A DNA stretch of 64,000 bases from the NCBI RefSeq assembly GCF_964355755.1, contig NC_092676.1:15022871-15086870 (forward strand). Direction: 5' to 3'. This document shows, piece after piece, positions 1 to 13,708 of the stretch (position 1 is its first letter; every line of letters starts with the position of its first letter). The stretch comes from Antedon mediterranea. Its lineage: Eukaryota; Animalia; Echinodermata. The notes under the pieces are model-generated. The model made no database searches. It was not told the origin of the DNA and saw only the letters and a program-made list of their open reading frames with translations. A program made the translations under genes and the position numbers.

Positions 1-625
1 TTGTTCACTAAAGGCCTAGTCAAGCCTTAATAAATTTAATTAATACACTATATATATATATATATTTTATCTAAAATGTAAAAACCTAACACTAAAATTT
101 ACAAGATAAGTTCTATTTGATAACTGCTGAACATCGTGGTTCTGGAGCTAGCGAGCTGTACACAGAGCATAGTTGTTGTTTGGTTGACATAACAGGGTAT
201 TCCCCTACACAGGTCTCCGCGTGCGTGCGTGACGTGCCCTGCCTGCTTGATAGAGAAAGCATGCAGCTCACACGCAAGTGCAAGATGCAATGGTTGAGTG
301 AATTCAGGGATCATCTTAATTCCATGGTTTTTTACCTAAACACCACATGATGGTGAATATGCCTGTTAAAGTCTCAATGATACGATCCCTAATGTACCAT
401 GTTGTTGCTAGGAGGCTTGAAAGGAGGAGGGATCTAGCCTAATTTCGGTCGGCAAGAGAATGCCGTCCTCTGACAATATAAGGTCGGCAATATTAAGGTC
501 GGCAATTGAAATTTGTGGGCTGGAAATTACACCAACAATATAGTTCATAAAAAAAAAGAGAGTAGCCGGAAATGCGATTTGCGGCCATAGGCCTATAGAG
601 AAAAAAAATTCGAGGGTATGGTTCC

Positions 626-2993
626 AGTGGCGCGCGGATCTAGCGGGGGCGTATTTTTTTTAAATTAAATAGATTTTAAAAACACGTATCGTTTCGACGG
701 TCACCGATGGTTTGCACATTTTCATAGTGAAAATAGTACGTCGGAGCACATCGTCAGCTTGATCGCATTCCACCAAGCATGTACATCGACATCCTTTGTG
801 TACTATCAATCTCTAGCGTTACCAACGATCATTCACAGTTAAGTGTAAAAGGAGCAAGTTCATAAAAGCCACGTGGTGAGCTTGGTCGCGTTCCACTAAG
901 CAGGTCGGCATCCTTTGTGATCGTCACTCCCGTATTGTAGAGTAGCGGTACCTCAGACGATCAATAGAGTTGATGAAGCCACATGGTCAGTGCTACTATA
1001 CTACGCGCCCATTTATTAAGTACAATAAAAACAAAGGCTAGGACTGTATGCCTATGAAAATTATCCCGTCAGGGATAAATTTTATTAAAACATATTACTA
1101 TTAAAATATTAACAATGCTGCAGCATTTCATGACCCTTGTTGTTTTATTTGCTTTCCCGTCGATGATTCTCATAAACACATCGCGATGACATCATGACAA
1201 AAGAGGTGTTTTGTTTTTTTCAAATCACTAAATATAATGTAATCGAGCCGGACCGTAATTTTTAAACGATCGTTTAAACCAGGTCGTTGAATATGCCGTG
1301 ATTTTAATTGGCCCTGTTCAGACCCATGGCGTTAGACCGTTTTAGCGTACAACGTTACTATCAAGGTCACGTTACAAACTGCAGAGAAAAAAACGAGGTG
1401 TTCAGACCCATAGCGTACGATTATCGTTACAACGGAAGTACGTCATCCAAGTTGTTTCTAGTTGCATATTCATGTGCTCTTACCCACGTGTTTTCATCAT
1501 TATTTCCACTGTATACAGGCCTAGATCTCAGCCCTACAATTATGACAAAATTTGCCGTAAATAAAACATACCTCAGCATTTATTTAAGAAAAATATAGTA
1601 AAGCCAAATTTCTGTTTCTATTGTTTTTATTTTGTAGTAAAATCATTTTCCCCAGGCTCTTGTGTTACCATGGAGTAAAGAATAAAATAAAGCAGGCCTC
1701 GTAATGATGAAGAAAAAAATGATTGTGATTAGTCTATCCAGTCCAGTCAAAGATTATATATTCTTTGGTCCAGTCGGTTGAAAATAACCCTTAACTTGCT
1801 AATAAAAGGGAAACAGCTCCCCTTGTTTGTTTACTGATTTTTTTAGGAGTTAGGGGGTTTTCAGCATTAAACTTGTCCAGTCTAGTCTGCCTTGTATGAA
1901 TGAGTGACTTGATGTCCCAGGCTAGTTTTTAGCTTGAATGAAATGCGTGAATGGCTCTAGGCCTAGCTAGGCCTAAAAGCGGATGGGATCGTAGTCCCTA
2001 TGTTTAAATACAAGGTGCATGTATTTATGTCATTTGTTAGAAAATATAATGGTAATCAGTTGATAATAGTTTGTAGCCTTTGTAACAGTTGTATTTGTAG
2101 TGTAGTTAGGCCTTATTTATTCTGGCCTTTTTGTTATTGAAATCCATCTCACACATTGACGATACAAGATGTCAGCCTAGGTCAAACCTTGTTTCGCGTC
2201 ATAACAGGAAACGTTCTGATTGGATACAACGTTGACTTACAGTTGCGTCGTACGCTAAAACGGTACTATCAACCGTTTTCCACTACAACGCTACAACCGT
2301 TGTACAACGCGTTGTACGCTAATCCCCAACTGTTCAGACACACATTCTTTTAGCGTCGTACGCTAAAACGGTCTAACGCCATGGGTCTGAACAGGGCCTT
2401 GTCAAAAACATGACCGTCAGTCGATGGCTCGGAGTTTCGATAAATCTCGCGTCGCATGTGTTACGTGGTGGTGGAAAACACTCAGCAAGTTTGCTTCATT
2501 ATATGCATGAGACTCTGTGACGACACGCTTTAACGTGACGTCATTTTAATTTAGCTGCATGATGCGAAGAAGAAGTAGTCACTGCGATCGACCCGGCGCG
2601 CGCGCGTGTAAGAAAATAATACCGGCCTAGGCTATACTAGGACAAGTTTATGCTTATATAAAAGCTGAAAAACATCGTCGCGTTGTAAAAATTTAGATGT
2701 AAAGTACACAGGCAAGTTGTTAGCTTGCTTTGGTACCCTAGGTAAGTATCAGCTGCATGTTCCACATGTCGTAATTCGCGAGCTTTAGAGTGTTTGGTAA
2801 ATGACATTATGAGATGTTTGTAAATCGTTTTAAACGACTTACAATGCGCTAGAACGCCAAAATTTCCAGGGGCCGTCGGCCCCTGGATCCCGACCGGGGG
2901 CCCTTGGCGGCCCCCTGTCCCCCAGCCAATGTTTGCTCGCTTTGCTCGCAAAGCTATGCCACCCCTATTTCAATATCCTGGATCCGCCCCTTG
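626..2993. mobile_element. Possible old non-autonomous DNA element (hAT-like ends) hosting a nested insertion
   Basis: Left CAGTGGCGCGCGGATCTAG (~626) and right CTGGATCCGCCCCTTG (~2978-2993) are imperfect inverted termini; no clear TSD. Confidence 0.35.
1310..2398. mobile_element. Non-autonomous TIR element (PIF/Harbinger-like MITE)
   Basis: ~41-bp perfect TIR GGCCCTGTTCAGACCCATGGCGTTAGACCGTTTTAGCGTAC with its reverse complement ending at 2398; subterminal partial repeats; no transposase ORF. Confidence 0.8.
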
Positions 2994-3041
2994 GTTCCAC
3001 TAAACAACTTAACGATCCACCCCGCCGTCAAACCTGGTTAC

Positions 3042-3379
3042 GGCCCTGTGTTCCACGCGTGGTTGCCGAGCATTTCGATTCGCATGAGTGCTCATGAAAG
3101 CGTCAGAGCTCATTTCCTGAGCTTTGATTGGTTGCGCAATATTTCGCTTCGCAAAAAGTAGAAACAATTCGAACTAGTAAATTTCGTGAAGCGAAAAATC
3201 AAAGGAACTAGAATTCGTCGAAGAAGGGAGTATGACAGACAGAAACTCGAATACGCATGCGCATAGCATGACGCTTTCGATTCGCGCGAACAAATTCGCC
3301 TAGTGGAAAATAGGCTTATGCGTATAAACTGACGCTTACGATTCGCGCGAAGAAAATCGCCTAGTGGAATATCGGCCTT
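3042..3379. mobile_element. Harbinger-like MITE remnant
   Basis: GGCCCTGTGTTCCAC start, two GCCTAGTGGAA..GGC(C)TTA ends (~3298-3318, ~3359-3379), internal TTCGATTCGC motifs. Confidence 0.4.
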
Positions 3380-3433
3380 ATAAGGCCACTATTATTATAC
3401 TGTATTCTATTTTTAAAAAGATAATATTCTTAC

Positions 3434-6400
3434 CAGCAATGTTTCTGCAAATTCTAGAAAAAAACTTGACCAGACCACAACAATCCCCTATATACAGTAC
3501 AAAATTCGAAAAAAAAACACCATTTATGTTCGTTTGCAATATGTAATACCATACATTTTTATATTATACAATGAATGTTTATGAGTTTAAAGGTTTCAGT
3601 CGATGTTATGATTAATAATAGAGTATGGTGGCGCAATTCACTTCACCTTTTGTATTTTCGGTCTCGTTGGCTCTTTCGACTTGCCCTATCGTGTTTATAC
3701 CTTGATCATCATCATTATCATGAACAGGAGTTGAATCTGATATTTCCAAAACAACATATTGTGTAACTGATTTAGTAGTACAAAAATATTGTTAAAATCA
3801 TTGAAGAAATATATAATACTATATTCATGGGCAACTAGTATTTTCTAGTAAATGCCTATGTTTTTTACAATTAATGTATTGTAAGTTTGTGGCGCAATTT
3901 ACTTCACCTTTTGTATTTTCGGTCTCGTCGGCTCTTTCGACTTGCCCTATCGTGTTTATACCTTGATCATCATCATCATTATCATCATGAACAGGAGTTG
4001 AATCTGATATTTTCAAAACAACATATCGTGTAACTGATTTAGTAGTACATGAATATTGTTAAAATCATTGAAGAAATATACAATACTATATCCATGGGCA
4101 ACTAATATTTTCTAGTAAATGCCTATGTTTTTTACAATTAATGTATTGTAAGTATGTGGCGCAATTCACTTCACCTTTTGTATTTTCGGTCTCGTCGGCT
4201 CTTTCGTCTTGCCATATCGTGTTTATACCTTGATCATCATCATCATCATTATCATCATGAACAGGAGTTGAATCTGATATTTTCAAAACAACATATCGTG
4301 TAACTGATTTAGTAGTACATGAATATTGTTAAAATCATTGAAGAAATATACAATACTATATCCATGGGCAACTAATATTTTCTAGTAAATGCCTATGTTT
4401 TTTACAATTAATGTATTGTAAGTATGTGGCGCAATTCACTTCACCTTTTGTATTTTCGGTCTCGTCGGCTCTTTCGTCTTGCCATTTCGGGTTTATACAT
4501 TGATCATCATCATTATCATCATGAACAGGAATTGAATCTGATATTTTGAAAACAACAAATTGTGTAACTGATTTAGTAGTACATGAATATTGTTAAAATC
4601 ATTGAAGAAATATACAATACTATATTCATGGACAACTAGTATTTTCAAGTAAAGGCCTATGTTTTTTACAATTAATGTATTGTAAATAGAATAATTCAGT
4701 TTATGCATTGCATTAAATTATGCAGTAATATGTTCTAATCACCTTTTAGTTTTTCGCTCTCGTCATCCTTTTCGCACTCCGCATTTGTGTCTCTCTCTTG
4801 ATTATTGTACTGTTTTTGGTCTTCAGCATTTTTAATGTCAACAAATGACAGAGGCAACATCAGACAATCATCACTAAATGGATTGGACGACTCACTGGAG
4901 TCAGATTTTTCTTCGATATAAAGTCTCAGATTATCATCTCTTATAGTTTGAAGCCAGTATGTCAAAAAGCTACGTTTAACAGATGATTTCAATTCTTTCG
5001 TTTCAAATATTTCATTGTAGAAAAATAAAATCAATGGCTGCTGCATCTCTTCAAATCCCAACTCACACATAGATTTAAAAATACGTGTAATTCGAAGGTA
5101 ATTATGAGAGGAACTGTAAGAATAAATAGTTTTCAGTTATATTGCATGTTTATAGACTGCCGACCACTATTTTGGTTAATGTATTTAAACTTTATGCTAT
5201 CAATGCAGTATAATAATTACCTACAATCATCATTCTCCTTTATAAGTTTACAAAATATGGTATTTTCTTTTTGAACAAACTATTTCGTTATTTCGTGTGA
5301 AACCGTACAATGGTTAGGGTTATATTTATATTTCCATTCATATTCATATTGTTTATTTTATTTCATTACAATTTAATGAAAAATAATTAAAGATCATCAT
5401 AATAGTTATCATCACCATTTATAGCGCACATTTTCTATGATAAACTCATAATTAGCGGCGCTTTACATAGTGGTTGAAATAAAAAGTCTAAGAGCTTGTT
5501 ACGAGTCCGTCACATCAGCGACCCTTGAATAAATAATAATATATTATTACTACATAAATACAAAGAAATAGAACTTACCGGTTAAGATGTTTAAATCTGC
5601 TTTCAAAATCATCAGATCTACACAGTTTATAGGAACCTTTTATCAATTTAATTCTAATGCCGTAAAATCCCAACATCATTTCCAAGCTATTGATAAATCT
5701 CTTGCGAGCAGCCGGATCCTTTTGAATTCTCTGACATGAAAGAATATTTTTTACAATAAATGTAATATAGCCTAAATACAGTACTTGGATTTTTGAATGG
5801 ATTTCCTAGAAATGTCTTACAAAACCATGACAAAACCTCGTATGTGAAATAATAAGTATTTATTTAAATTCAGAATTGTATTTATTTATTTATTATTATT
5901 TATATTTTACTGGTATCTGTGGCATATCCAATTTATTACGCATTTACAAAAAAAGAACAAATTCCATTTTAAAACTATCTTTTAATAGAATGGCGACATT
6001 ATGCTTCACGAAATTAAATTTGTGGCGGATCTACAACACCATGTGTAGGCGATTCGCCAGTTCGTGTGATGACGACACAGTGATGTTGCCGCTGTTCGTC
6101 AACAGGGAGGAGATCAAAGACATGTTTGGGTACAATCATGGTGACATTTTCGGCTTCATAGGTTAGAGTTTAGTGTTCAGTGATGTCAAAAAATGATGTT
6201 TTACCCCCAAATAAGTAGTTAACAACAAAACTGTAACTCTGTTTTAATTGATATATCATGTGTTCACTTTTATCTTGATTCGGTGGGATTTTCTATGTTT
6301 TTGGAGGTTTGCGGAAAAATATTATTGCAACAAGTGTATTATATGTTATTTCTGAAGCAGAAAACAACAACAACAACAAAACACCTGATGCGGCTAAATT

Positions 6401-9400
6401 CATTATGTGAGATTTTATCTCTTTCATTCAAAGAATATTAAGTTGGAGTGTTCAACTCACTATACGTGTGTCGACCTCTGTAGTTGTAATGTTGATAGTG
6501 TTGAGCCGAGAAATGTACAAAAAGTCACATTGTGCAAATAACCATATTTGTGCAAAAATAATTCATTAATGTGCAAACATCAAGCCGTTAAATGCAAAAA
6601 CGATCAGTTTCGACGTTAAATGTGTTTTGCCATGTTTGCTGCACAAAAGTGGTTATCTTATTTGTACATTTGAAGGCAAAATGGTGTTTTGTTACTTCTT
6701 CGTACTTCAATTCAACATCTAAGTAACATAATTTTTCTTTATTTAAATTTTCTAGAAGATATATATTTTTGGTACAGTTATCTGAAGTGATCACTTTTAC
6801 ATCTATTAGGTCTATTGTTATTTTTAAAATAAGTGCATTCACAACAAAAGCACGTAGGTCCTACCTTTGCTTCGTGGAGTTGTAGAACTTGCGAATACCA
6901 ATTTACTCCTTTTTCTCTTATTGGGAATAACCTTTGAAAAAAAAACCAGAAAAATAATGAGTATTGTTTTGATTTTTACGGTAGTTCATTATTTTCCTTT
7001 TTGACAATATCCTCTTTCTTTTGTATTATCTGAGGCCATAATCCAAAGTGTGTACATCAAGTGATTTAAACACAGCGTGGGTTCAAACAACACGAAGACG
7101 CTTCTTGAGAGAAGTTCTCAATGTAAGCGAGTCAAATGGTTGAGCTTTTAAGGAATGGGCGCCATTTACCTTACCTAAAGAGGTACTTCACTTTCAGGGC
7201 TAGTTGCCTTAACGGCATGATAGTGAAAGTCAAAGTCTTCATGGATAAGTACTACGCCGTGTTTACACCCATAGGCTAATTCGAGACGAGTAAGGGGTTA
7301 CCCCGGTGAACTGGTTCACAAAGTAGCCTTTGTATCAGGGGGGGTTACCACCTATCTGATAGGGCCAGTGATTAATTTAAATTTACTATTGGTAATCTTT
7401 GGCCACATGTGCCTAAAGATATAAAATAAAAACAAAAACTATTTTACTGTACACTGTTTACAGGAAAATTAGTGATAAAAGTTGTTGATAATAATCACAA
7501 TCAAATGCTGGCAAAAACATCTTACCATTGTATGTAATTATGATTGTACTCTAGTACGTCATAATTTCCTTTCCACTTCTCGTGAATTTCATCAATAAAC
7601 TCACCTATATAAGTGAGAAAATAAAATCTGTTACCGCACATTATAATATATATTACCGTATATCATAAGTATAAACAGTTAGAGTTAGTTCAATACATGA
7701 CTTGCAATTCATACTAAAGACAAGATCGTATCAATTTGATATTTGTTGTGTCAGAAAAAGAAGCACGACGTATCTCGTTATCTATAAATTAATTATGAAT
7801 ATGCCTATCGTTATTACCAAACAGAAAGCACATTATACATACCTTCTGGTTTGAATTTAATCTTATTCTGGTAGAAAAGCCAATTGTCCTTAAGAGCTTC
7901 ATTATCTTCACTCCTCATAGTCTTTTGAATAACAATACATTGTATTACATTTTATACTCCGTGTGTATGGGGCAAAAATACAGTACTATATAAATATAAT
8001 TTCCAAACATTTTAAGAGTTGCTAAAAAAAACAAAATTTGTTTTTCCAATTTATTTCTACTTTTACGAAGAGGATCAGGAGGATTTCACACTCCGTATAC
8101 AATAAAAACACCTTGAGACACAACTAGTGTTTTTAAATTGAACACTCATGAAATACCGTACAACAAAGAAAAAAACAAAAATGATCTAAATACTTCTTAC
8201 GGGATAGCCATCTCTAAACTGTTTACAATCTCCGTTTTGTATTTTGGTTTGAAAGTTCTGTAACGACATATTAAAACGCACAATTAAAACACATAAAACA
8301 AATCCTATATCTCGTTTTTCTTTTTATTGTCCTTTTTATAAAAACATCAGAAAAAATGTATCTGATTTAAATGTATAGGTGCACATGTTAAAAAAATATG
8401 TTTGATATTCATAAAAAAATCGTTTGCAATTTACTTATATAAAGTTTATGCAAAAAAAAACCATTTGTACTGTATGTTTAAAAATAAAATAGATTTTATA
8501 ATTTGAGTGGCCGGAGCAGGAGGACATTGTTTCTTAAAATAAAATTAGGGTTTTTTTTTTAAAGATGTTTGTCAGTTCAAATTAGTGTAAACTTATGTGT
8601 AGCGATTTCATAAAGTGTTAAAACATGTATTGCGCCTCATTTGCACACAGTATTGTCCTCTTAATAGAGGTGTCCCTTGACGAGGGCATCCCAAAGGAGG
8701 AGTTCTACTGTATGCCTTATGAAACGACCACTTGAATTGAAATATAATGATTGGAAACGGGTCATCATCAATTAAGGTCAAGGTGCTCGTTAAAACAATT
8801 GACTAATGATAACTTACTTTTGAAGGAGCAGGTATGACAGCTCTTGTAGACCTATTTTCGACATCCGTTATTGGTAAGTTCGCTTCATTCTTGTCATCAT
8901 TTTTACTATTTTGAGATTCATGAGCATCTTCTTTTGAAATATTTCCATCGCTTACACAATCTACACTACCTACGTTTTCTGCAAACTTTGAAATCACAAT
9001 CACAATCAAAATAAGTTATTTCAATGCAGTATTTTTATTTTTCAATTAAAGTATCACAATTTGCAATCTGGAAACCATTGGAGAATGCCACGAGAGGCAT
9101 GTCAACTTACAGTGCTTTCAAGAACTATCGATATTAGTTCTCTTGAAACGACCACTTAAATTGAAATTGAAATATAATGATTGGAAACAGGTCATCGTCA
9201 ATTAAGGTCAAGGTGCTCGTTAAAACAATTGACTAATGATAACTTACTTTTGAAGGAGCAGGTATGACAGCTCTTGTAGACCTATTTTCGACATCCGTTA
9301 TTGGTAAGTTCGCTTCATTCTTGTCATCATTTTCACTATTTTGAGATTCATGAGCATCTTCTTTTGAAATATTTCCATCGCTTACACGATCTACACTACC

Positions 9401-12400
9401 TACGTTTTCTGCAAACTTTGAAATCACAATCACAATCAAAATAAGTTATTTCAATGCAGTATTTTTATTTTTCAATTAAAGTATCACAATTTGCAATCTG
9501 GAAGCCATTGGAGAATGCCACGAGAGGCATGTCAACTTACAGTGCTTTCAAGAACTATCGATATTAGTTCTCTTGAAACGACCACTTAAATTGAAATTGA
9601 AATATAATGATTGGAAACAGGTCATCGTCAATTAAGGTCAAGGTGCTCGTTAAAAAAATTGACTAATGATAACTTACTTTTGAAGGAGCAGGTATGACAG
9701 CTCTTGTAGACCTATTTTCGACATCCGTTATTGGTAAGTTCGCTTCATTCTTGTCATCATTTTTACTATTTTGAGATTCATGAGCATCTTCTTTTGAAAT
9801 ATTTCCATCGCTTACACGATCTACACTACCTACGTTTTCTGCAAACTTTGAAATCACAATCACAATCAAAATAAGTTATTTCAATGCAGTATTTTTATTT
9901 TTCAATTAAAGTATCACAATTTGCAATCTGGAAGCCATTGGAGAATGCCACGAGAGGCATGTCAACTTACAGTGCTTTCAAGAACTATCGATATTAGTTC
10001 TCTTGAAACGACCACTTAAATTGAAATTGAAATATAATGATTGGAAACAGGCCATCGTCAATTAGGGTCAAGGTGCTCGTTAAAACAATTGACTAATGAT
10101 AACTTACTTTTGAAGGAGCATGTATGACAGCTCTTGTAGGCCTATTTTCGACATCCGTTATTGGTAAGTTCGCTTCATTCTTGTCATCATTTTTACTATT
10201 TTGAGATTCATGAGCATCTTCTTTTGAATTATTTCCATCGCTTACACGATCTACGTTTTCTGCAAACTTTGAAATCACAATCACAATCAAAATAAGTTAT
10301 TTCAATACAGTATTTTTATTTTTCATTTAAAGTATCACAATTTGCAATCTGGAAGCCATTGGAGAATGCCACGAGAGGCATGTCAACTTACAGTGCTTTC
10401 AAGAACTATCGATATTAGTTCTCTTGAAACGACCACTTAAATTGAAATTGAAATATAATGATTGGAAACAGGTCATCGTCAATTAAGGTCAAGGTGCTCG
10501 TTAAAACAATTGACTAATGATAACTTACTTTTGAAGGAGCAGGTATGACAGCTCTTGTAGGCCTATTTTCGACATCCGTTATTGGTAAGTTCGCTTCATT
10601 CTTGTCATCATTTTTACTATTTTGAGATTCATGAGCATCTTCTTTTGAAATATTTCCATCGCTTACACGATCTACACTACCTACGTTTTCTGCAAACTTT
10701 GAAATCACAATCACAATCAAAATAAGTTATTTCAATGCAGTATTTTTATTTTTCAATTAAAGTATCACAATTTGCAATCTGGAAGCCATTGGAGAATGCC
10801 ACGAGAGGCATGTCAACTTACAGTGCTTTCAAGAACTATCGATATTAGTTCTCTTGAAACGACCACTTAAATTGAAATTGAAATATGATTGGAAACAGGT
10901 CATCATCAATTAAGGTCAAGGTGCTCGTTAAAACAATTGACTAATGATAACTTACTTTTGAAGGAGCAGGTATGACAGCTCTTGTAGGCCTATTTTCGAC
11001 ATCCGTTATTGGTAAGTTCGCTTCATTCTTGTCATCATTTTTACTATTTTGAGATTCATGAGCATCTTCTTTTGAATTATTACCATCGCTTACACGATCT
11101 ACACTACCTACGTTTTCTGCTAACTTTGAAATCACGATCACAATCAAAATAAGTTATTTCAATACAGTATTTTTATTTTCAATTAAAGTATCAGAATTTG
11201 CAATCTGGAAGCCATTGGAGAATGTCACGAGAGGCATGTCAACTTACAGTGCTTTCAAGAACTATCGATATTAGTTCTCTTGAAACGACCACTTAAATTG
11301 AAATTGAAATATAATGATTGGAAACAGGTCATCATCAATTAAGGTCAAGGTGCTCGTTAAAACAATTGACTAATGATAACTTACTTTTGAAGGAGCATGT
11401 ATGACAGCTCTTGTAGGCCTGTTTTCGACATCCGTTATTGGTAAGTTCGCTTCATTCTTGTCATCATTTTTACTATTTTGAGATTCATGAGCATCTTCTT
11501 TTGAATTATTTCCATCGCTTACACGATCTACACTACCTACGTTTTCTGCAAACTTTGAAATCACAATCACAATCAAAATAAGTTATTTCAATGCAGTATT
11601 TTTATTTTTCAATTAAAGTATCACAATTTGCAATCTGGAAGCCATTGGAGAATGCCACGAGAGGCATGTCAACTTACAGTGCTTTCAAGAACTATCGATA
11701 TTAGTTCTCTTGAAACGACCACTTAAATTGAAATATGATTGGAAACAGGTCATCATCAATTAAGGTCAAGGTGCTCGTTAAAACAATTGACTAATGATAA
11801 CTTACTTTTGAAGGAGCAGGTATGACAGCTCTTGTAGGCCTATTTTCAACATCCGTTATTTGTAAGTTCGCTTCATTCTTGTCATCATTTTTACTATTTT
11901 GAGATTCATGAGCATCTTCTTTTGAATTATTTCCATCGCTTACACGATCTACACTACCTACGTTTTCTGCAAACTTTGAAATCACGATCACAATCAAAAT
12001 AAGTTATTTCAATACAGTATTTTTATTTTCAATTAAAGTATCACAATTTGCAATCTGGAAGCCATTGGAGAATGTCACGAGAGGCATGTCAACTTACAGT
12101 GCTTTCAAGAACTATCGATATTAGTTGTCTTGAAACGACCACTTAAATTGAAATTGAAATATAATGATTGGAAACGGGTCATCTTCAATTAAGGTCAAGG
12201 TGCTCGTTAAAACAATTGACTAATGATAACTTACTTTTGAAGGAGCAGGTATGACAGCTCTTGTAGGCCTATTTTCGACATCCGTTATTGGTAAGTTCGC
12301 TTCATTCTTGTCATCATTTTTACTGTTTTGAGGTTCATGAGCATCTTCTTTTGAATTATTTCCATCGCTTACACGATCTACACTACCTACGTTTTCTGCT

Positions 12401-12933
12401 AACTTTGAAATCACAATCACAATCAAAATAAGTTATTTCAATACATTATTTTTATTTGTCAATTAAAGTATTACAATTTGCAATCTGGAAGCCATTGGAG
12501 AATGCCACGAGAGGCATTCAACTTACAGAGCTTTCAAGACATATCGATATTAGTTCTCTTGTTGAAACACTTCGTTACGTTTCTAGCTGTCTACGTCAGC
12601 TATGGAGTTTGGGTGACTGCAGTAGGCCGAGTCCGGTAAGCTTTCTTTGACGGTGCTTTTTGTTTCGGCGACATCCATTATCCTACCTTTTCATCTTGTT
12701 TATTATCATCCTAACTACTTTTATCTGATAACCTGGATCCCATAATTAAAAGCTTACTTTTTGCGAAACCTCCTTTGGAGAACTTTCTTTTCCAAAGTTT
12801 GTTTTCTTGTTATCCGCTAATTCAACACTACGTTCGCTTGCGACTTGCTGTCTCGTCCTGTCTTCTTTCGATTCAACAATATTGTCTTCATCATCTTCAC
12901 AACATTCGTTGCCTTGAATCTTAACAACTTTGT
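3434..12933 (-). CDS. Opioid growth factor receptor-like (OGFr domain) protein, spliced; start and final exon not resolved
   Basis: In-frame GT-AG core exons: 8257-8201 (NFQTKIQNGDCKQFRDGYP), 7921-7843 (DNWLFYQNKIKFKPE), 7604-7526 (FIDEIHEKWKGNYDVLEYNHNYIQW), 6931-6865 (LFPIREKGVNW), 5730-5579 (MMLGFYGIRI), 5113-4743 (SSHNYLRITRIFKSMCELG). These are OGFr conserved-domain motifs. Candidate extra exons: 12933-12758, the repeat-array exons, micro-exon 3453-3434. Confidence 0.85.
3620..4690 (-). repeat. Tandem array of four ~261-270-bp units, each carrying an acidic candidate exon
   Basis: Candidate exons 4537-4445, 4273-4175, 4003-3908, 3736-3647 (93, 99, 96, 90 nt), each atatcag|...AAAAG|gtgaag, encoding DSTPVHDDNDDD..ERADETENTK. 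Confidence 0.85.
7215..7370 (+). mobile_element. Diverged SINE fragment, same family as 48975-49232
   Basis: Shares AGTCTTC..GATAAG.ACTA and AGACGAGTA.GGGGTTACCCCGGTG.AC blocks with the 49 kb copy. Confidence 0.5.
8721..12559 (-). repeat. Tandem array of nine ~421-430-bp units, each carrying a candidate exon
   Basis: Nine near-identical ORFs in the track (8803 to 12426), each ending TCAAAA|gtaagt; donors after 8818, 9248, 9678, 10108, 10529, 10956, 11385, 11806, 12235. Confidence 0.95.
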
Positions 12934-13708
12934 CTAACAGAAAAACTAATAATTCAGAATCTCTGGTTCATAGAAATAAGTACATATAAGTGTACATACA
13001 AGCATATTAAAAATGACAAAATGCGCACATAAATTTTACAAAAGTGCTAAAAATGGTAAAAAAAAGGCCTTTTTACAATAAAAATAAATCTTTCTTCATA
13101 AATGTCTTCATTCATTAGAGCGCATCTTGTTTATTTTTTCCCGATTTTTTTTGAAATTTTAATATGTGCTTGCTCAATTAATTATTTTTTCCATTTTCAT
13201 TTTACTATTTCTTACTACAATTTTGAATAACTTAGATCGCGTAATTTCACCTTTACTGTTTTATTTAAATATCTTACAGCTCTTCGGGATTAAAGTTCTA
13301 TCGGATGTTGTGACGTTATCATATGGCCAGTTTAAGTTAAAAGTAGTTTTTCATCTCTTTCGTAAAAGTTATACACATTTCAAAAAGCGCGCACCGCGCT
13401 TAATATACGTGCCCAATCTTCTTCCAAATCTTACATCTTTTTGCTCAATTCATTATCTTCCGATCTGATTTTAACGTACGTGCATGTTTTTAAAAATTAA
13501 ATGTCAGTAAAATTATAAAAATGCTCACCTATATTCTTCGTCAAAGTGACAAATTAAATTCCAGTTATGTCTGTTTTTATTTAACTACAAACATAAACAT
13601 GAAAAGCAGCATTGTCTGGTATTATTGGCAACATTGCTGCCTCTCATTCCTAATGTTTATCACAGAGCTCGTTTGACATCGTGACATGGTCTTAACAAAT
13701 CCCCATCT

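Noticed and set aside
740-1000. Three diverged CAC.TGGTCAGCTTG.TCGC.TTCCAC repeats as a structured RNA array
   Set aside because: Too degenerate and inside a probable old transposon; no consistent structure
8495-8532. Possible extra OGFr-like exon (KQCPPAPATQ)
   Set aside because: Acceptor-like site present but no suitable GT donor nearby
8803-12426. Nine separate 65-68-aa genes, as the ORF track suggests
   Set aside because: They start at TTG in intron-like sequence and run past a gtaagt donor; better explained as repeated exons or an intronic repeat
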